Assembly (NCBI GenBank): GCA_043228905.1
Contig: JBHGNT010000021.1
Location: forward strand, 3,472,001-3,536,000
Length of the DNA stretch: 64,000 bases
Source of the DNA: Azolla caroliniana
Lineage: Eukaryota > Plantae > Polypodiophyta
Reading direction: 5' to 3'
Part shown: positions 30,526 to 44,321 of the stretch, in pieces
Numbering within the stretch: the first letter of the stretch is position 1
How the letters are laid out: each line of letters begins with the position of its first letter
The notes under the pieces: generated by a model
The model's input: only the letters and a program-made list of their open reading frames with translations
Told to the model about the DNA's origin: nothing
The model's database searches: none
Program-made: the position numbers and the translations under genes

Positions 30526-31875
30526 CCATCACCAGCATGAATCATCACTATCATCATGATTCATCACCATCATCATGATTCGTCAACATCATTGATCATG
30601 ATTCATCAACATCAACATGATTCATCAGCATCATTGATCATGATTCATCAGCATCATTGATCATGATTCATCAACATCATTGATCATGATTCATCACCAT
30701 CATTGATAATGATTCATCACCATCATCATGATTCATCGCCATCATTGATCATGATTCATCACCGTCATTGATCATGATTCATCACCATCATCATCATTGA
30801 TCATGGTCAGTGCACCAGTACCTTTGGTGACCTGAGTGGAAGGATCGAGCGTCTCGTCCTCGAACGGCGTGTATCCGCGGTAGTTCCTCTTGCCATCTCG
30901 GGCCACCTTCATCTTCTCGTGGGCCGGCAGCGCGAAGAACGCGCGGCTCTGCGCGAGCACCTCCTCCTCCACTGCAGCCTCCACACCATGATTGATCACA
31001 TAGAAAAATCCGCAGTCCATACATGCCTAGAGACGGAGCCAGACCAGACATAATTCGATCGATTAATGCATGCTGAGTGATGAACCTATCTCTACCAAGA
31101 TTTACAGAGTTTAATCCTTTAAGTGCTTCAATTTTTATTAATCACTACTTATGTTACTGTTAAGCATCAGATGCACCCAGCCAGGGAGCACAGTCCTATG
31201 TGCTCATTGGCCATTAATCCTCACAATATTCTGATTGGTATCCAAACCAAGAGTGCAAATTGGATAGATGACAATAAATATATAAGCTTAATTTTTGCTA
31301 CCACCATGGAATGAATGATTTAAGACAAAAGCAAGCAACAACAAATCATTGCAGACAATTATAATTTTCCAATCAAAAGACTTGATACTAAATCCACAAC
31401 AATGGAATGACAAATGATAGATGAGTGGATCAGAGGGAACCAATCAATATTGGCTACCACCATGGAATGAATGATTTAAGACTAACAACAACAACAACAA
31501 CAACAAATCATTGCAGACAATTATTTCCAATGAAAAGACAATACTAAATCCACAACAATGTAATAACAAATGATAGATGAATGGATGAGAGGGAGCCAAT
31601 CAATATTGGCTACTACCATTGGATGAATGATTTAAGACAAAAACAACAACAACAACAACAAATCATTGCAGACAATTATTTCCAATCAAAAGGCAACACT
31701 AAATCCACAACAATGTAATGACAAATGATAGATGAAGGCAGTGATAGATGAATGGATGAGAGGGAACCAATCAATATTGGATGTAATAAGGGTGGGGGAC
31801 CTGTTTGAGGATGGAGGCAGTGAGGTGGAGATCTGGGCAAGACAGGTCCACAAGGCTTATGGTCATGTTTGTCAT
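25883..31875 (-). CDS. 2OG-Fe(II) dioxygenase (resembles the Arabidopsis AT1G35190/AT4G16765 type), 326 aa, 11 exons
   Basis: Exons 31875-31801, 31026-30822, 29670-29551, 29277-29226, 28865-28744, 28573-28473, 28015-27957, 27540-27484, 26441-26396, 26301-26222 and 25946-25883 are all in phase. Motifs LKQACMDCGFFYVINHG, RGYTP, GPNQWP, GAHSDYG (HxD), STLHRV and ERYS. Confidence 0.92.
27115..27239. ncRNA. 125-nt intronic hairpin (candidate MIRNA precursor or mini inverted-repeat element)
   Basis: GATCTTGTAGTCACCTTGAA is perfectly complementary to TTCAAGGTGACTACAAGATC, and pairing continues about 30 bp further with bulges and wobbles. Confidence 0.45.
29855..30300. repeat. 88-90 bp tandem repeat x5 in dioxygenase intron 2
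   Basis: CAAGCTAATGACAGAAAA starts at 29858, 29946, 30034, 30122 and 30212. Confidence 0.95.
30435..30803. repeat. (ATC)n microsatellite and derived 23-bp minisatellite
   Basis: Pure ATC run at about 30480-30523, then ATTGATCATGATTCATCAGCATC units at 30633, 30656 and 30679. Confidence 0.95.
31297..31780. repeat. About 156-bp tandem repeat x3 in dioxygenase intron 1
   Basis: GCTACCACCATGGAATGAATGATTTAAGAC at about 31297, 31452 and 31609, with variable (AAC)n inside. Confidence 0.95.
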
Positions 31876-34800
31876 GTTTGTGGTCACCGTGGTACAAGTC
31901 TATTGGAGCCACTCGATATAAATAGACCCCCCCCCATACTGTCCGGTCATTGTCATTCGGTCCCGGTTATTGTCCGGTCAAATATTTCCCGCGGACATCT
32001 TGGGTCGGTCAATTCGATCGGGTCCATTCCTTCTTCCCTACCATGATTCCCAACATGTCTCCTTGACTCAAATCATAATACAGGTCATTATATATATATA
32101 TATATATATTCACTTGGATTATGTGTATGTTTGTCCACGCGCATTTGCGTGCATATAAGTCTTTGTGTGATCCGGTCGGTATAAAAATGCCGTACCATCT
32201 CCCCCTCCCCCCCCCCCCCCCCCAAGATGTCACCTAGTCAACAAAAAAAATTTCGCAATGATTTTTGAATAGCATCTCGTATGGAAAAGTGTACAATGCC
32301 CGAGATCTTTGTTTAGCGAACCCCATGACACTTCCCCTTGAATATGTATGTTAGGTTATAAAGATATTAATGCGCATACGATTGAAAAAAAAAAGAACTT
32401 AAAATTGTTAGACCAAGTGTGGTTTCTTGTAAAATTATTGGAATCGACCAGTATTTCCGACCCGAGGAGTTACGTTTCCTTTTCCTTTTCCTTTAAATTA
32501 AAATGTACCACGCGCAATATATTTTGACATTGGTATATGAATGTATCAAGTAAGTTCACAATTTAGAGTCGATTCAAATATGAATCGGAAAAGAAAATAC
32601 GGAAATTCTTATGTGTTTAATGGATCATGACATCACGTTCGATTTCATGTTCCTTTTTCCAGACTTCATCAAATGTACAATGAGCTAGATAGAGGGGATT
32701 TCATCCAATTTCAGCTCTCTCGATTCATGAAGGCAATTATTTGTATTATCATAGGTAACCACCATAATTATTTGGGAGCTATAGTTAATGAATGGTTAGT
32801 ATATCAGCAACATAAATAAAAAATTTAACATTTCCTTCCCATGAACAAGACGGTCAAGAGGTAGTCCCAACAATTTTTATGGTTGGACTAGAACATAATC
32901 GATGTGTATGGCTACAAGAAGGATATAATCAAATTTTATTGAAGAAGGTTGTTTTTGTGGGTCAAATTCATGACACGCTTCACTTTTAGTAGGCCACTAA
33001 TAATGTAGAAACTAATGAAAGCGTACATGACCCTATTCTCAAAAGTCTTCAGGTCCTACAATGTTCTAGATTTGAGCGACAATGTTGAGCTTGAGTTATA
33101 GAAGAAAAGGGAATCATGATATTCAATAAAGAGAAGGAGCGAATTCTGTCCCTCGCTAGCTTTTCCCCCATAAGAGGGTATGCACAAGCACCCATAACTT
33201 TCAGAACCGTGGGTCTTAATGAGCCCCTTTTTCTTAAAAGTAAATCTACACAACTTATAGAAACCTTACAATAGGCTCGTTCTTTTTTCGGAATGCTACT
33301 CATAACAATACTTACTTTGAATGGTAATCTAAACCATTCATTGTTGATCTTTTCCTTGCGTGCTCAAGTTGTGGCACATAGAAATGCAATTTTTTGTTAA
33401 TGGTAATAGATATAAAGGTGTATAGTTTGCCTCATACAAGCTTATAAGCGTCTTTTGAACATCTTCAGCGTTGCGAGTTGTAGACATTATTATTCTTTCT
33501 TAAAACACTGTTATAAGTGTCCTTCAAACATGTTCAACATTGCAATTTGTGGACATTATTGTTCTTCCTTAAAACACTGTTGTCACTCATCATGCTGTCA
33601 ATTAATATTGCTTCTTTCGATAAACTTTCCATGTTGGAAAACAAATGCCGCACTTTTGCCTGTTATCATGCGTACAACTCTACAACTTGTTCACATGCCT
33701 CTTTCTAGACACAAGGCATAAATTCATAACTACATAGGTAATATACATGTCCACTAGTCAACATAAATGAGTTGTTGACAGCAAGAAATTTGTGCATTTG
33801 CAAAGTATAGCTACTAGTCCCTTCATTTTTCGTTTACAAGGTTTACATTTTTTGTTGTTAATGAAGTTAATGAAATGACATGATTTTGTCATAAGTACTT
33901 ATATAAAACCTCAATCTTTTATTGAAATCAATGATAGCAAATGCAACGCTAGAAATAAATAAGAATGTGTAACAAAGTTTGGGTACAATATGACAAGTAA
34001 TAGAATGTATATCTTATATGGCTTCGACTAAAATGTCATCTTATAAACCTTTTCTCTCTAACTTTAATTGGTGTATGTACCACCTATGGTGACACTTTAC
34101 CATTGGTCAAAAACTTACCTCTAAAATAGTGAGTGGTCAACCTAAATGTGGACCTTCTCTAGACCGCACTCTCTATATGCTTATCACATTGTCACAGACT
34201 TATTCCTTTGATATTTTGTCAACAACTTTTAAGATGTCCCCGTTACTATTATTGTTTATATTTATCACATCATGATTTAAGCCATTTGTCTTTTTGTTAT
34301 GAAGGGTTAAACTTGATTAAGATTGGAAGTGGCTTTTAAACCATGGAACATATGCATTTTGGCATGATCCAATGCTGGGAATATGAAGCAAGATTATTAC
34401 AGGTAGGGTCCATGAGCTATGGCATTCACAACATTAAGTAAAGTGAACTAGACATAAAGTTAATGTTGTATGAGGACATTTATAATCTTGCAACATAGTC
34501 AAACTTGCAATCCTAAAATGTGACCATGCACTCAACTCACAAGAGTAGATTCTCGCGTATCCACGATTACCCATATCACAACGAAATTTGTTTAAACCAT
34601 AAAAGAACGAGTTAAATTATTTGAAATCACAAAAGTATAACACAATGGCACTTTAACACTTTCTCATTGTATGTGGATTTTCAAAGTCAACTTTTTTTCG
34701 ATCAAACTGCTTCATTGTTTAAACCTTGTCATCGAGTTATTGTTCAACTATGATAGGCCCTCTTAATGCGATCTAGAAGAATTTTGACCTAGCTTTGATC

Positions 34801-37800
34801 AAAAAGTTTGAAGGGAGAGTTTGTAGATCAAAGTGAGAGCTTACACTTACATATCTTCCCCGATTCCTTGTTTCTAAAATTTCAAACTCATATGCATGCA
34901 AAGTGGAACCTAGACAACTAACCAATCAAATCGTACAGTCAAAATGTTCTTTCATTGTAGTTTTATGCATATGCATTCATTCATGAGTAACAGAATAGTC
35001 CGAACTTAAGGCCTACTTTTTATCTTATACATTGTGCCTATATGCCAATTTGTTGCTTACATGCGTGTTTACTATATACCTCTTTTGTTGTAAATTTTTT
35101 TGACAATATGCTAAGTGTACTTATAAAACAAATTTACCAAGAATGGTTAAATATATATGCTTAAGTGTATTGATTTTACAATGTCGAGTCTTTTTGTTTT
35201 CTCGGACACAAGTTAAAGGATGCTAAATTTTGGATGTTCTGACGATCAAACCATCTGTCAATTTGAACTATTTAGTTGTCTTATTATCGAATCAATCAGA
35301 GTTTATTGAAGTTGGGAGATTGTTGCATTAACAAAGTTCTCGATTAGTTGGGAAGGGATGAAGCTGAAGGGAGACAAACTTGATCAGAATGTTTGCCTAA
35401 TTAAACTTATCATGACTTTTCTAGAGCAAAAATATTGTCTCATATAGTAAAATAGATTGGTTATCTTTCATGGTCTTTGGGCCCCCTTGTAGTTTTCATC
35501 AAAGATATATAGCATTCTTTATTATCGGTTTATTGATGTACCACACTAATTATAGTTTCAAACAATTACCATGCGTCATTAATCAAGATTCTAGAGATTG
35601 TTGATGTCATCTCTGGCTCTTAACATAGTAGTATGTTGTTTTGTAGAGAATACGTGCCTTCTTGAACTTTGCACTTCATGAGTGGGGTTGTCCCTACCAA
35701 CATTTGTTATTTGTTGTTTTGTAGAAAAAAAACTTACAACCCACTAGAATTATGGCAAGTTTACAATGTCAAACCCATTGACCAAAAGTTGAACTCATAA
35801 CCTACTGTTGTAAATCAAATCCATCACTAAAACGTTGAAACAACAACCTTACTATTGTAAAGAAAAAGCTTGAATAGTACAACATTATTTCTATATATTT
35901 AATTATTTGTTCAAGTTCAATAATGTACCAACATTATGAATATATTTAAGCAATCATTTATGAGGTCTAAAGCTTCTAATATTGTGCAATTTCATATTGC
36001 GCTTGTGTGTGTAATATCTTGTTATAATCCTTTGTAAAAAAACTATGTGATTGGAACATTCTAAAAAAGGAGATTGAGTAGCTTGAACATGAGGAAAAAA
36101 TGACACTAGAACTAATAAATTTTCTAGCAACAATGCAATAATTGAACCAACCTCCCCAATAAACCAAGCCCATATTGTTTTCCAAATGTCAACCTACAAT
36201 AACTAATGTATTTTAGAAATATGGGCTAGAAGTTTAATTACCATTTTTCTTGTGCATGATCTCTAATGAGCATTGTTTGTGATAGTTGAGAAAGAGCTAC
36301 ACATCTAAGCATGCTTACTGGTAACTCTAGCTACCTTTAATGGGCAAATAAGTGTTAGGTTGTGGTCCTCATGACTTCATTTCCATGTGATCATACAAAT
36401 CCATATTACCCAATGGTGGGAAATTAATAATGCAAAATGTTCACCTTCTTGTTAAAAGGCGCAAATTGTGGACATGTTTCTTCTTACCTTGAATTTAAGG
36501 TAGCTCCTAAAGTGTGCATGTTCTAGAGTAAGGAGCTAGTTGATTACTTAAGACTCAAGAGTATACCTAACAAACCCTATACCCTTAACTAGTTTAGGGA
36601 GTACTTCTTCACCCATTGTATTCTTTGTATGTTAGAACCTAGGTAGTAGTATAAAATTGAATTGTCGGATACTAAACATAGCCTTGCTTGGTGATGAATC
36701 TATATGTGAGATATGCATATGAATGATAGAATACCAAATAAATCCTTGATTGGCAGTATTTAAAACAATAATACCAATAAAATATAGCTATGTTAGTTTT
36801 CAAATTTCCAAACTTCCCAATTGGATGTGATAATGTATGATCATCACAGTTTTAAACACAAGCTCTTTTATGCCATAAAGATAAGGCGATGTCCTAATGT
36901 AATAATAACCTATAAGAAAATCAAAGGGAGAAATTAGTCGAGACTGACCCATTTAGGGGATTACCTTTGATTTTTGAGAACTAGGAATGACACTTTATTT
37001 GAAATCATGTGTACTACATTACAAGATCCATCAAACTCATGTCTTAACAAAAAGCAGGGGTTGCAAAAGTCAATAATTAATTGTGCAAATGACCAATCCG
37101 TTGATTGATCAAACGATTAAAATGTTTTTTTATTCAATGTTTGAAAACATCGTTAAAGATTTCGGTTGTTCATCATAAGAAAGAAGGAAGAATAACAAGC
37201 CACTTATTTATTTATTTGCCCAGGTACAATTATAGTGCGCACAATCTTTGTATTCCTAGGATTACGGTGCTCGACTCTTGTTTTTGTGTGGCGTAGACAT
37301 TTTGCAAACAAGCAAGAATACTTTTTAAATTTGTCTCACCTATTATCATTTATAAATAGTTTCCCTACACACAAAGTATGATATTAAAATTGCCCCCGAA
37401 AAAGGGGGCTTTTCAACTTGGCATTGTGTCATTCAAATTTTCCGAAAGTAGGCTATACGTAATGAAATGGGATTTTCAGCTTTGCCTACTCCATGAACTA
37501 TTTTTAAAATTTAAACTATTTTTTTTCTTTCAAAATAGCGTGCATCACTCCTTGATCTCGACAATGTATATACCTAGCAAGTTTTTATGTATTAACCATT
37601 TGAAAATTTTCTTTATAAAATTAATGGCTTTCCTTCTCTCTAAATCTTCAAAATATCTATAGAGATTTTGATCTTTACAATGTACGTACCTTGATTTTGA
37701 CAGTACAATAAGTTTAATAACAAATCAAGTTGCACCCAAATTACCATGATTTGAAGTAGGGTTCCTCTAATGTTTTCTTGATTTATTGTTATCTATAATA

Positions 37801-39689
37801 TGACGACAAAAGGAGATATACAAACGAAATATTTTGTGTGTTATGTACAAAAATCTGTTACAAATGCAAAAGTGACAATGGAACATTGGCATCTACTAGT
37901 ATTTCAACACACCTTGTTTGTTTTATATGGATTGAAAATGTTGCAAGAAATAAAATTGCATTGATTTTGTGTACTTTGTGTATAAAACCATGTCTAGTTG
38001 TGTGACCCCCTTGAATCACAAGAGCGAAGCACATGTCGCTCAAGCATAAAACTCCCCATGTCTCTTCTCCTCTAAATTTTTAATTCAAGATGATTACAAG
38101 TCTCAATCGCAAATTGCATGGCCTTTGAGATCTCCTAGATGTTAGTAATATCTTGAAAAGCAGACATCTCATGACGAAATCAATACACCCCTTGCATGCA
38201 CCATCTATCAAAAGTAAAATGGGGGGGGTGGTTTCCTTCACTACCACTATCCCAACTTTGAGAAATTATTAATATCACAATGTTTGAAGCCACTTCCTTG
38301 TGATGACTCTCACATCCCATAAAAGATCACAAATGTACAAAAGTTTGATGCGATTGTGGAGGAAAGAAGGATTAAAGCGAATCTAAATATTCAACCGAAT
38401 GATTTTCTCTAGAATCTTCCTAGTCAAGTTGTCACTTATTCTTATTTCCATTGCATAAACACATTTTAAATCGGACACATATCCATACCTTAATTATGTG
38501 GCATCACCATTCTTAATCCAAATTTGTTTTCTTGCCCACCATATTATAATGTTTGAAGAACTTTGATTCGAGATCAAACTTTTATGTAATCACTATCTAT
38601 AATATAGGTAAAATCTACTACAACTATTTTGATATTAAAAAAGTGCATGCTAGAAAATGGTCATAAATGAATAACCTCATGCATTTATGCGTAAAGAGGA
38701 TTATAACTATTGTGACCCTTCCTACATATTCAAATCACTTTAGTATTAATGTAGCTCTTATTCCTTGATTTCAATATACTTCAGAAATAGCAAGTTTGTG
38801 ATTTCAAAACATGATGTGAGAAATTGAAACTTCACTCCCTTTAAAAATACAGTATTTTTAAGCCTACCATACGCTCAAAGAGTTAATCTTTGCTTTTAAT
38901 TTATACTCACATTCAGCATAGTGATCAAGGAGTATGATAAGACAAAGAAACATAGGAAGAGAGAAATATGGATTAACGGGAATAAACTGATGAACACAAT
39001 CAATATGTCTATATATGCAAGTCCTAGGAACAGACGAATATGCAAAGATACTAGGTTTTCTATAGGGATACCCCCTTACCAAGATTCCTCGTCCAAAATG
39101 TAGTGAAATGTTTGGCTCATATTTTCCTAAGGTTAAGGTGTAATATAGCCTAAGTGTTTTTTTTAGATTGAGTGTGAAATGCAACCAACTATCTATGATA
39201 TGTCAATATATGTAAACATTTAATTAGATAGCACAATCATCAAGGATTTGATGTTCTACACAAGATACAAAACATAAACAATTAGGATTGAGCATCAAAC
39301 TATTGGTTATGTTGCATTGACTTCTTCATTGTTGGTGCTTTTTTCTCCTCATTATAAGTGTTTCGTATATCATTTCATGGTTTTTTGTAATATGCAAACA
39401 TAACTTGTACGACACTTTTTTTTGCCCAAAAAAACATTACTCGCATTAGTTAGCAAACAAAGTACATCAAAGTTCAACCATTAAGATGCACAAAGCCTAA
39501 CCTCAGAGTGATCTATATATCCAACAACTCCAAAATTCAACAAAACTCATGCCGATCTTCCCCTCACAAATTTGATCATAATCCCCACCCCCTCATTTAC
39601 AACAAAATTATCCCACCTACTCTTTTACAACAAAGTTATTTGTGTACCACAACTATAGTAACTTGTACCGCAACTATACATATTTACAT

Positions 39690-39990
39690 CTCATGTCCAC
39701 TAATGGGAGCCTTGGTGGAAACAACCACCTGGGTGCTTGGTAGTTCCATTTAGGCCTTGTCAAAGATTTGACTATCATAGGAGAACCGCCCCATTTAGCA
39801 AAAACTTTGACCGTGCTCTTTCTGCTTCGTTTGATTCCCCCTGAATTGAGCCATACCGTCCACACAACCAGGATACTAGCGCGAACTAGATATTTAACAA
39901 CGCCTCGCCGCTTATGAGCTTTTGTTGTTGAAAAACAAACTTACTACGCCTGGTCCAGATGTGCCAAACTGATAAGCACGCCACCATCAT
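39690..39990 (-). mobile_element. LINE ORF2 C-terminal remnant related to 5170-6007
   Basis: SVWHIWTRRSKFVF...KWNYQAPRW parallels LWILWKQRCRRVF...RWNYRVP. Confidence 0.55.
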
Positions 39991-42900
39991 CCATATCTCC
40001 TAAAAAAATGCAGAGTTTGTGCCAAGGTCGCACACCAACACATTGGAACACACTGCCACCCTATACTATAAATCCATGACCACGTGGGTTTAATTATTCC
40101 ACCCATCCTTCCTCTGTTAACTTCAAACCCTGTAAGGACCCCCAAACAACTTTCCCATTCACACTGAACTTGTACCACACTTCATTCGTGTGAACTTATT
40201 GCTTTATTTTTTGGGGGAGGAAAAAAAACATCTAGTAAGTTTGCACAAGAGACGTGGGTCACTAAAACAACATTGCTTGTTGATTTGGGTCCATGAACCA
40301 TTTGTAATTGTAGTGCTTTTATAAAATTATTGGATTATAAAATCACTTAAGCTTACAAGTGAATTACCAAATGAATGCATTGCGTCCAAGAAGAGAGATA
40401 TTGTCATAATTGAAGAAGCTTCGAGGGAATGTGGTGTGCTCCCTTGGGCCCCAACAATTGAATATTTTATCACGCCTATAAATGGGATGAAAACTAGTTA
40501 GGCCCTATATTGGAAGATATTCCACTAAACGAACAAGAATGAAAGAGATATTATTCCCCATTGTATGAGTATAAGGATATCATGCATAGTTTTTTATTAA
40601 CCAACAGTTTATAATATAAGAGTTACAAATGTTTGAATACAAACTCACTTGCGTCTCTAAGCTAAGAAACATAGTTTGAAGGAAGCACCAGATCAAAACA
40701 TTGGACGTAAAGAATATTGTGCCAATGCGTGAATGATTGAGTCCAAGGATCTTAGTTCTTGAATTGTTGACATCAAAGTGAACATATTTTTAAATATTCC
40801 TTGAACAATTTTAAATCAAATATAATTTTCAAAATGAGATTTCCATCCAATCATATAGCCTTTCTATATCTAATAGGAAGAAAAATAAAAAAATATTCAT
40901 TGCTCATAAATGTGTATCATAAATATCTACACAATATGCTTACCCTAGAATTGTATGCTATCCTTTTCTCGAGATATTGGTTATTGTGCTTTTCTTTGTT
41001 ATTCTCACTACTTGCCACTTAAGTTTTACTAATCTCGAGGGTTTAAAAAAAAAAGGTTGTACATGTTTTGAAAAACTATACATTATATTTACATTGCAAA
41101 TATAGGAAAAGTGTGTTTAATTCATTGAAGAAGTGTTTTAATTGTTATTTATCCACATGTTACAAAGAAGATCTAATGAAACCTCAAGAACAATGAGAAA
41201 GGATTTGCTCGTCTTCTCTCCTTTGCCAATTTGCACCATGCAAAATAACATAGTATTCTTATTGCCACCAAAATAATGACTTCCAAAAGCTACTCTTCGG
41301 GTGAAACTTTAAAAGTTCACCCATATGGTTGATGTATCTCTCATGACTCGTTAAATACATTCCAATCATCACAAGTTATTTCCCATTACTTGTACTCAAG
41401 ATAGCTCCAATTACATCATTGCACCACATACTCAATGCATGGATTCTAAACATGACTATGCCCTAAAATAACACCCTCTTTTGACAACTTTGGCATTTAG
41501 GACAAAGTAATGCACCAAAATATAATGCCCTTTTTTATCATTTAGGCCATGTTACATGAGCTTGCATTACCACACTGCAAAACATAGCCTTGAACTATAT
41601 TAATATGATGAGAGACAAATAATTGGATTTAAGTTCTTGATTTAATGGTTGGTTGGTCACTATAAGGAGAATTGTTTCATTGTAGTGCTTTATACATGAA
41701 CCTTTCAAACATCCATGTCCACTAATGTGCTTACTCCAACTCTTAATCCATGACATTTTGGCACTCCTATGAAGTGAAGGATCCTAAAATTTCAAGTTGA
41801 GTTCAATGTCACGGTTGAGTATTGCAAGTGAAATGCAATGACATGGATGAGATAGAGGTTTTTTTGCAGCGGTGTTGCAAATATACATGCGTGCGTCTGA
41901 AACGGGAGTGGAACCTCCGGGGGAATTGAACTAGAGAGGATGGGTGTGAGTGAATGCGAATATACATGTGTGAAAGGTGACTCCAAAAAGTTTATAGCCC
42001 TTGTGTGTTTATATATGTAAGTCAAAAGGTTAAGATGTTTTAGTGTATTTAATAATGTTTAAGTCTGATAAAGTATGACGGAATTATCTTATATAAGAAC
42101 ATAAATGAGTTTAAGGATATATTTTAATATGCAAGGCCAACATGTCTGAAGGAAGGTGTATATGTTGCTTGTTAGTGTAAGCATTAACATGTAAGTGTGT
42201 ATGTATGCATCAATATATGAGAATGTGCTAATGTGTTTATGTATGTTTGGATATGTTATGTGTATGTATATTTGTCTTGTATGTGTGTTGTGTATGTGCT
42301 TGTTTTTAAGTTAACATGTAGGTTTAGGAAGTGACGTGCACTTAAATTTTAAAGTGAGGGTTTGTGTAAGAGAATAAATATATATATGTGGATTTGTATG
42401 TTCATGGTTTGGGGAAAAGAAAAGAGTGTAAGTCTTGTGGGTAGGGTCCTAATAACTTCCCTTTTCCTTTTTCTAAAGTATAAAATGATGGGTTGAGGGC
42501 AGACAACGTGGTCAACCAACATCATTTGAAGATGCCAACAACAGCAAGCGACAACAACAAGTGTAATAGTTGTCACTACTAAGCATGGTGAGTATGGAAT
42601 GGTGGCGGTTGACTTTGGTTTGAGCAATTCCCTCAATTATGAGGAAAGCATGAATCACGAGCATTCCTTGAACTAGAGGAAAGTTCAAACTAGAGCTTTC
42701 CTAGAACCAAAGCAAAACTCAAATCAGAGCTTTCCATGAAGTTCAAGAAATGGTCAAAGGAGAGAGAGTGTTTATTGCTCAAAGGATGGGTGGGTGGGTG
42801 GGGGGGGGGGTGTTCCTTTGCGGAAAGTCTCCTTTCCACGTGTAAAAGTCTCCTCGAAGAGAACCGTGGAGCTTTGAAAGCTTGAAGGTGACCTTCATTT

Positions 42901-43139
42901 GAGGAAATTTATTTTGAAGCATTTTTCGAAATTAGTTTCTAAACCCTTAAATTTGTTTTAGTTCGTAACGTTTTGCTTAGATCTTGGAATCGCGTTTTGG
43001 AAAATCCGTCACTACCCTCACAACAATTCCCTTGCATGATGACACAAATCCTTTGCTATGAAATTCTGAGATCCTCATTTCATTGAATTCAAGGCAATTC
43101 TAACATAACTTAATAGGAAGTCCACATTAATTTTTCATT

Positions 43140-44192
43140 AGGATAGTAGCTTCAGTAAGTTTTTTGTAGATACAGGACTTTGGTGGTAGACAATGATATG
43201 GTGATGTGGTCATGGAAGCATTTCTATTTGGTAAGGATGAGTGATGATGTTGTAGATTTTTATGAGGGGATGAGGACAACACATTCACTCTAATTTTGTT
43301 TGTACAAGATTTTTGCGGTGAATGAACAGATGGTTGATGTGGAAAATGAAGCACATTTTATTTTTGTAAAGGATGAGTGACGATGGTATAGGGGGATGAA
43401 GCATAATTTCATGAGGGGATTAGGAGAGTAATCTCATTCTATTTTTGTAGGTACATGTCCTTGGTGGTATACATCGAGATGGTTGATGTGGTCATTGAAG
43501 CAAATTTGCATATTTCATTTTTTTAAGGATGAGTGAACCATGGACTTGGGCAGTAAACAAACAAACGATTGATGTGGAAAACGAAGAATATTGTCTATTT
43601 TGGTAAAGGATGGGTGACGATGGTGTCGGCTGAAGAAGCATAATTTCATGAGGGGATCAAGAGAGTAGTGTCACTATGTTTTTTGGTACAGGTTCTTGGT
43701 GGTATAAATCAAGATGGTTGATGTGGACATTTAAGAAAATTGTGTATTTTTTAAGGATGAGTGAATCATGGTGGTGTTGGGGGCTGACGCAGTGTTGGGG
43801 GCTAACACAATGTTTTTATGAGGGTATGAGGATAGCACATTCACTCTATTTTTGTTTGTACAGGACTTCAGTGGCAAACGAACAGACAATTGATATGGAA
43901 AACGAAGAACATTGTCTATTTTGGTAAAGGATGAGTGACGATGGTGTCGGTGGAAGAAGCGGAATTTCATGAGGGGATTGAGAGAGTAGTGTCATTATGT
44001 TTTTGTTTGGTATCTACAGGATTTGCTATGCTATGACGAGATGGTTGATGTGGACATTGGGGGTAATCGGCGACATGTTGGTTGGGGAAAAGGAAGCATA
44101 TTTTCTTTGTTTGATAAGGATGAGTGATAACGTTGTTGGGGGCTGAAGTAGACTTTCATGAGGGGACGAGGAAAATAGAAGCATTTTCTTTT
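43140..44192 (+). repeat. Satellite array (about 7 units, mostly 135-175 bp, alternating variants)
   Basis: GATGGTTGATGTGG-type cores at about 43196, 43330, 43478, 43568, 43713, 43889 and 44040. The last ~300 bp is colinear with 7710-8005. Confidence 0.9.
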
Positions 44193-44321
44193 GCATGTGA
44201 TTGTTGTATTTGACGAGGTATATTCTGAATTAATATATCCAGAAGTCTGCGATTCAGAACTTCAACGCAATGCAAGTACACACATGTTGAAGGAAACAAT
44301 TGTAGGGGCAGCAAGGAAAGT

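Noticed and set aside
30332-30538. Poly-Met ORF
   Set aside because: It is the (ATG)n microsatellite within intron 2 of the dioxygenase.
31676-31912. 78-aa His/Pro-rich ORF at the dioxygenase 5' end
   Set aside because: Wrong frame; the real exon 1 (MTNMTISLVDLS...LKQ) is in another frame and splices at 31801.
41807-43022. Possible solo LTR (TGTCACGG...CCCTCACA)
   Set aside because: The flanks (TTCAA / ACAAT) give no TSD and there is no second copy in the window.
32300-43100. Short ORFs and TE-like patches in the AT-rich intergenic block
   Set aside because: No recognisable domains, TIR pairs or TSDs apart from the LINE remnant at about 39.7-40.0 kb.
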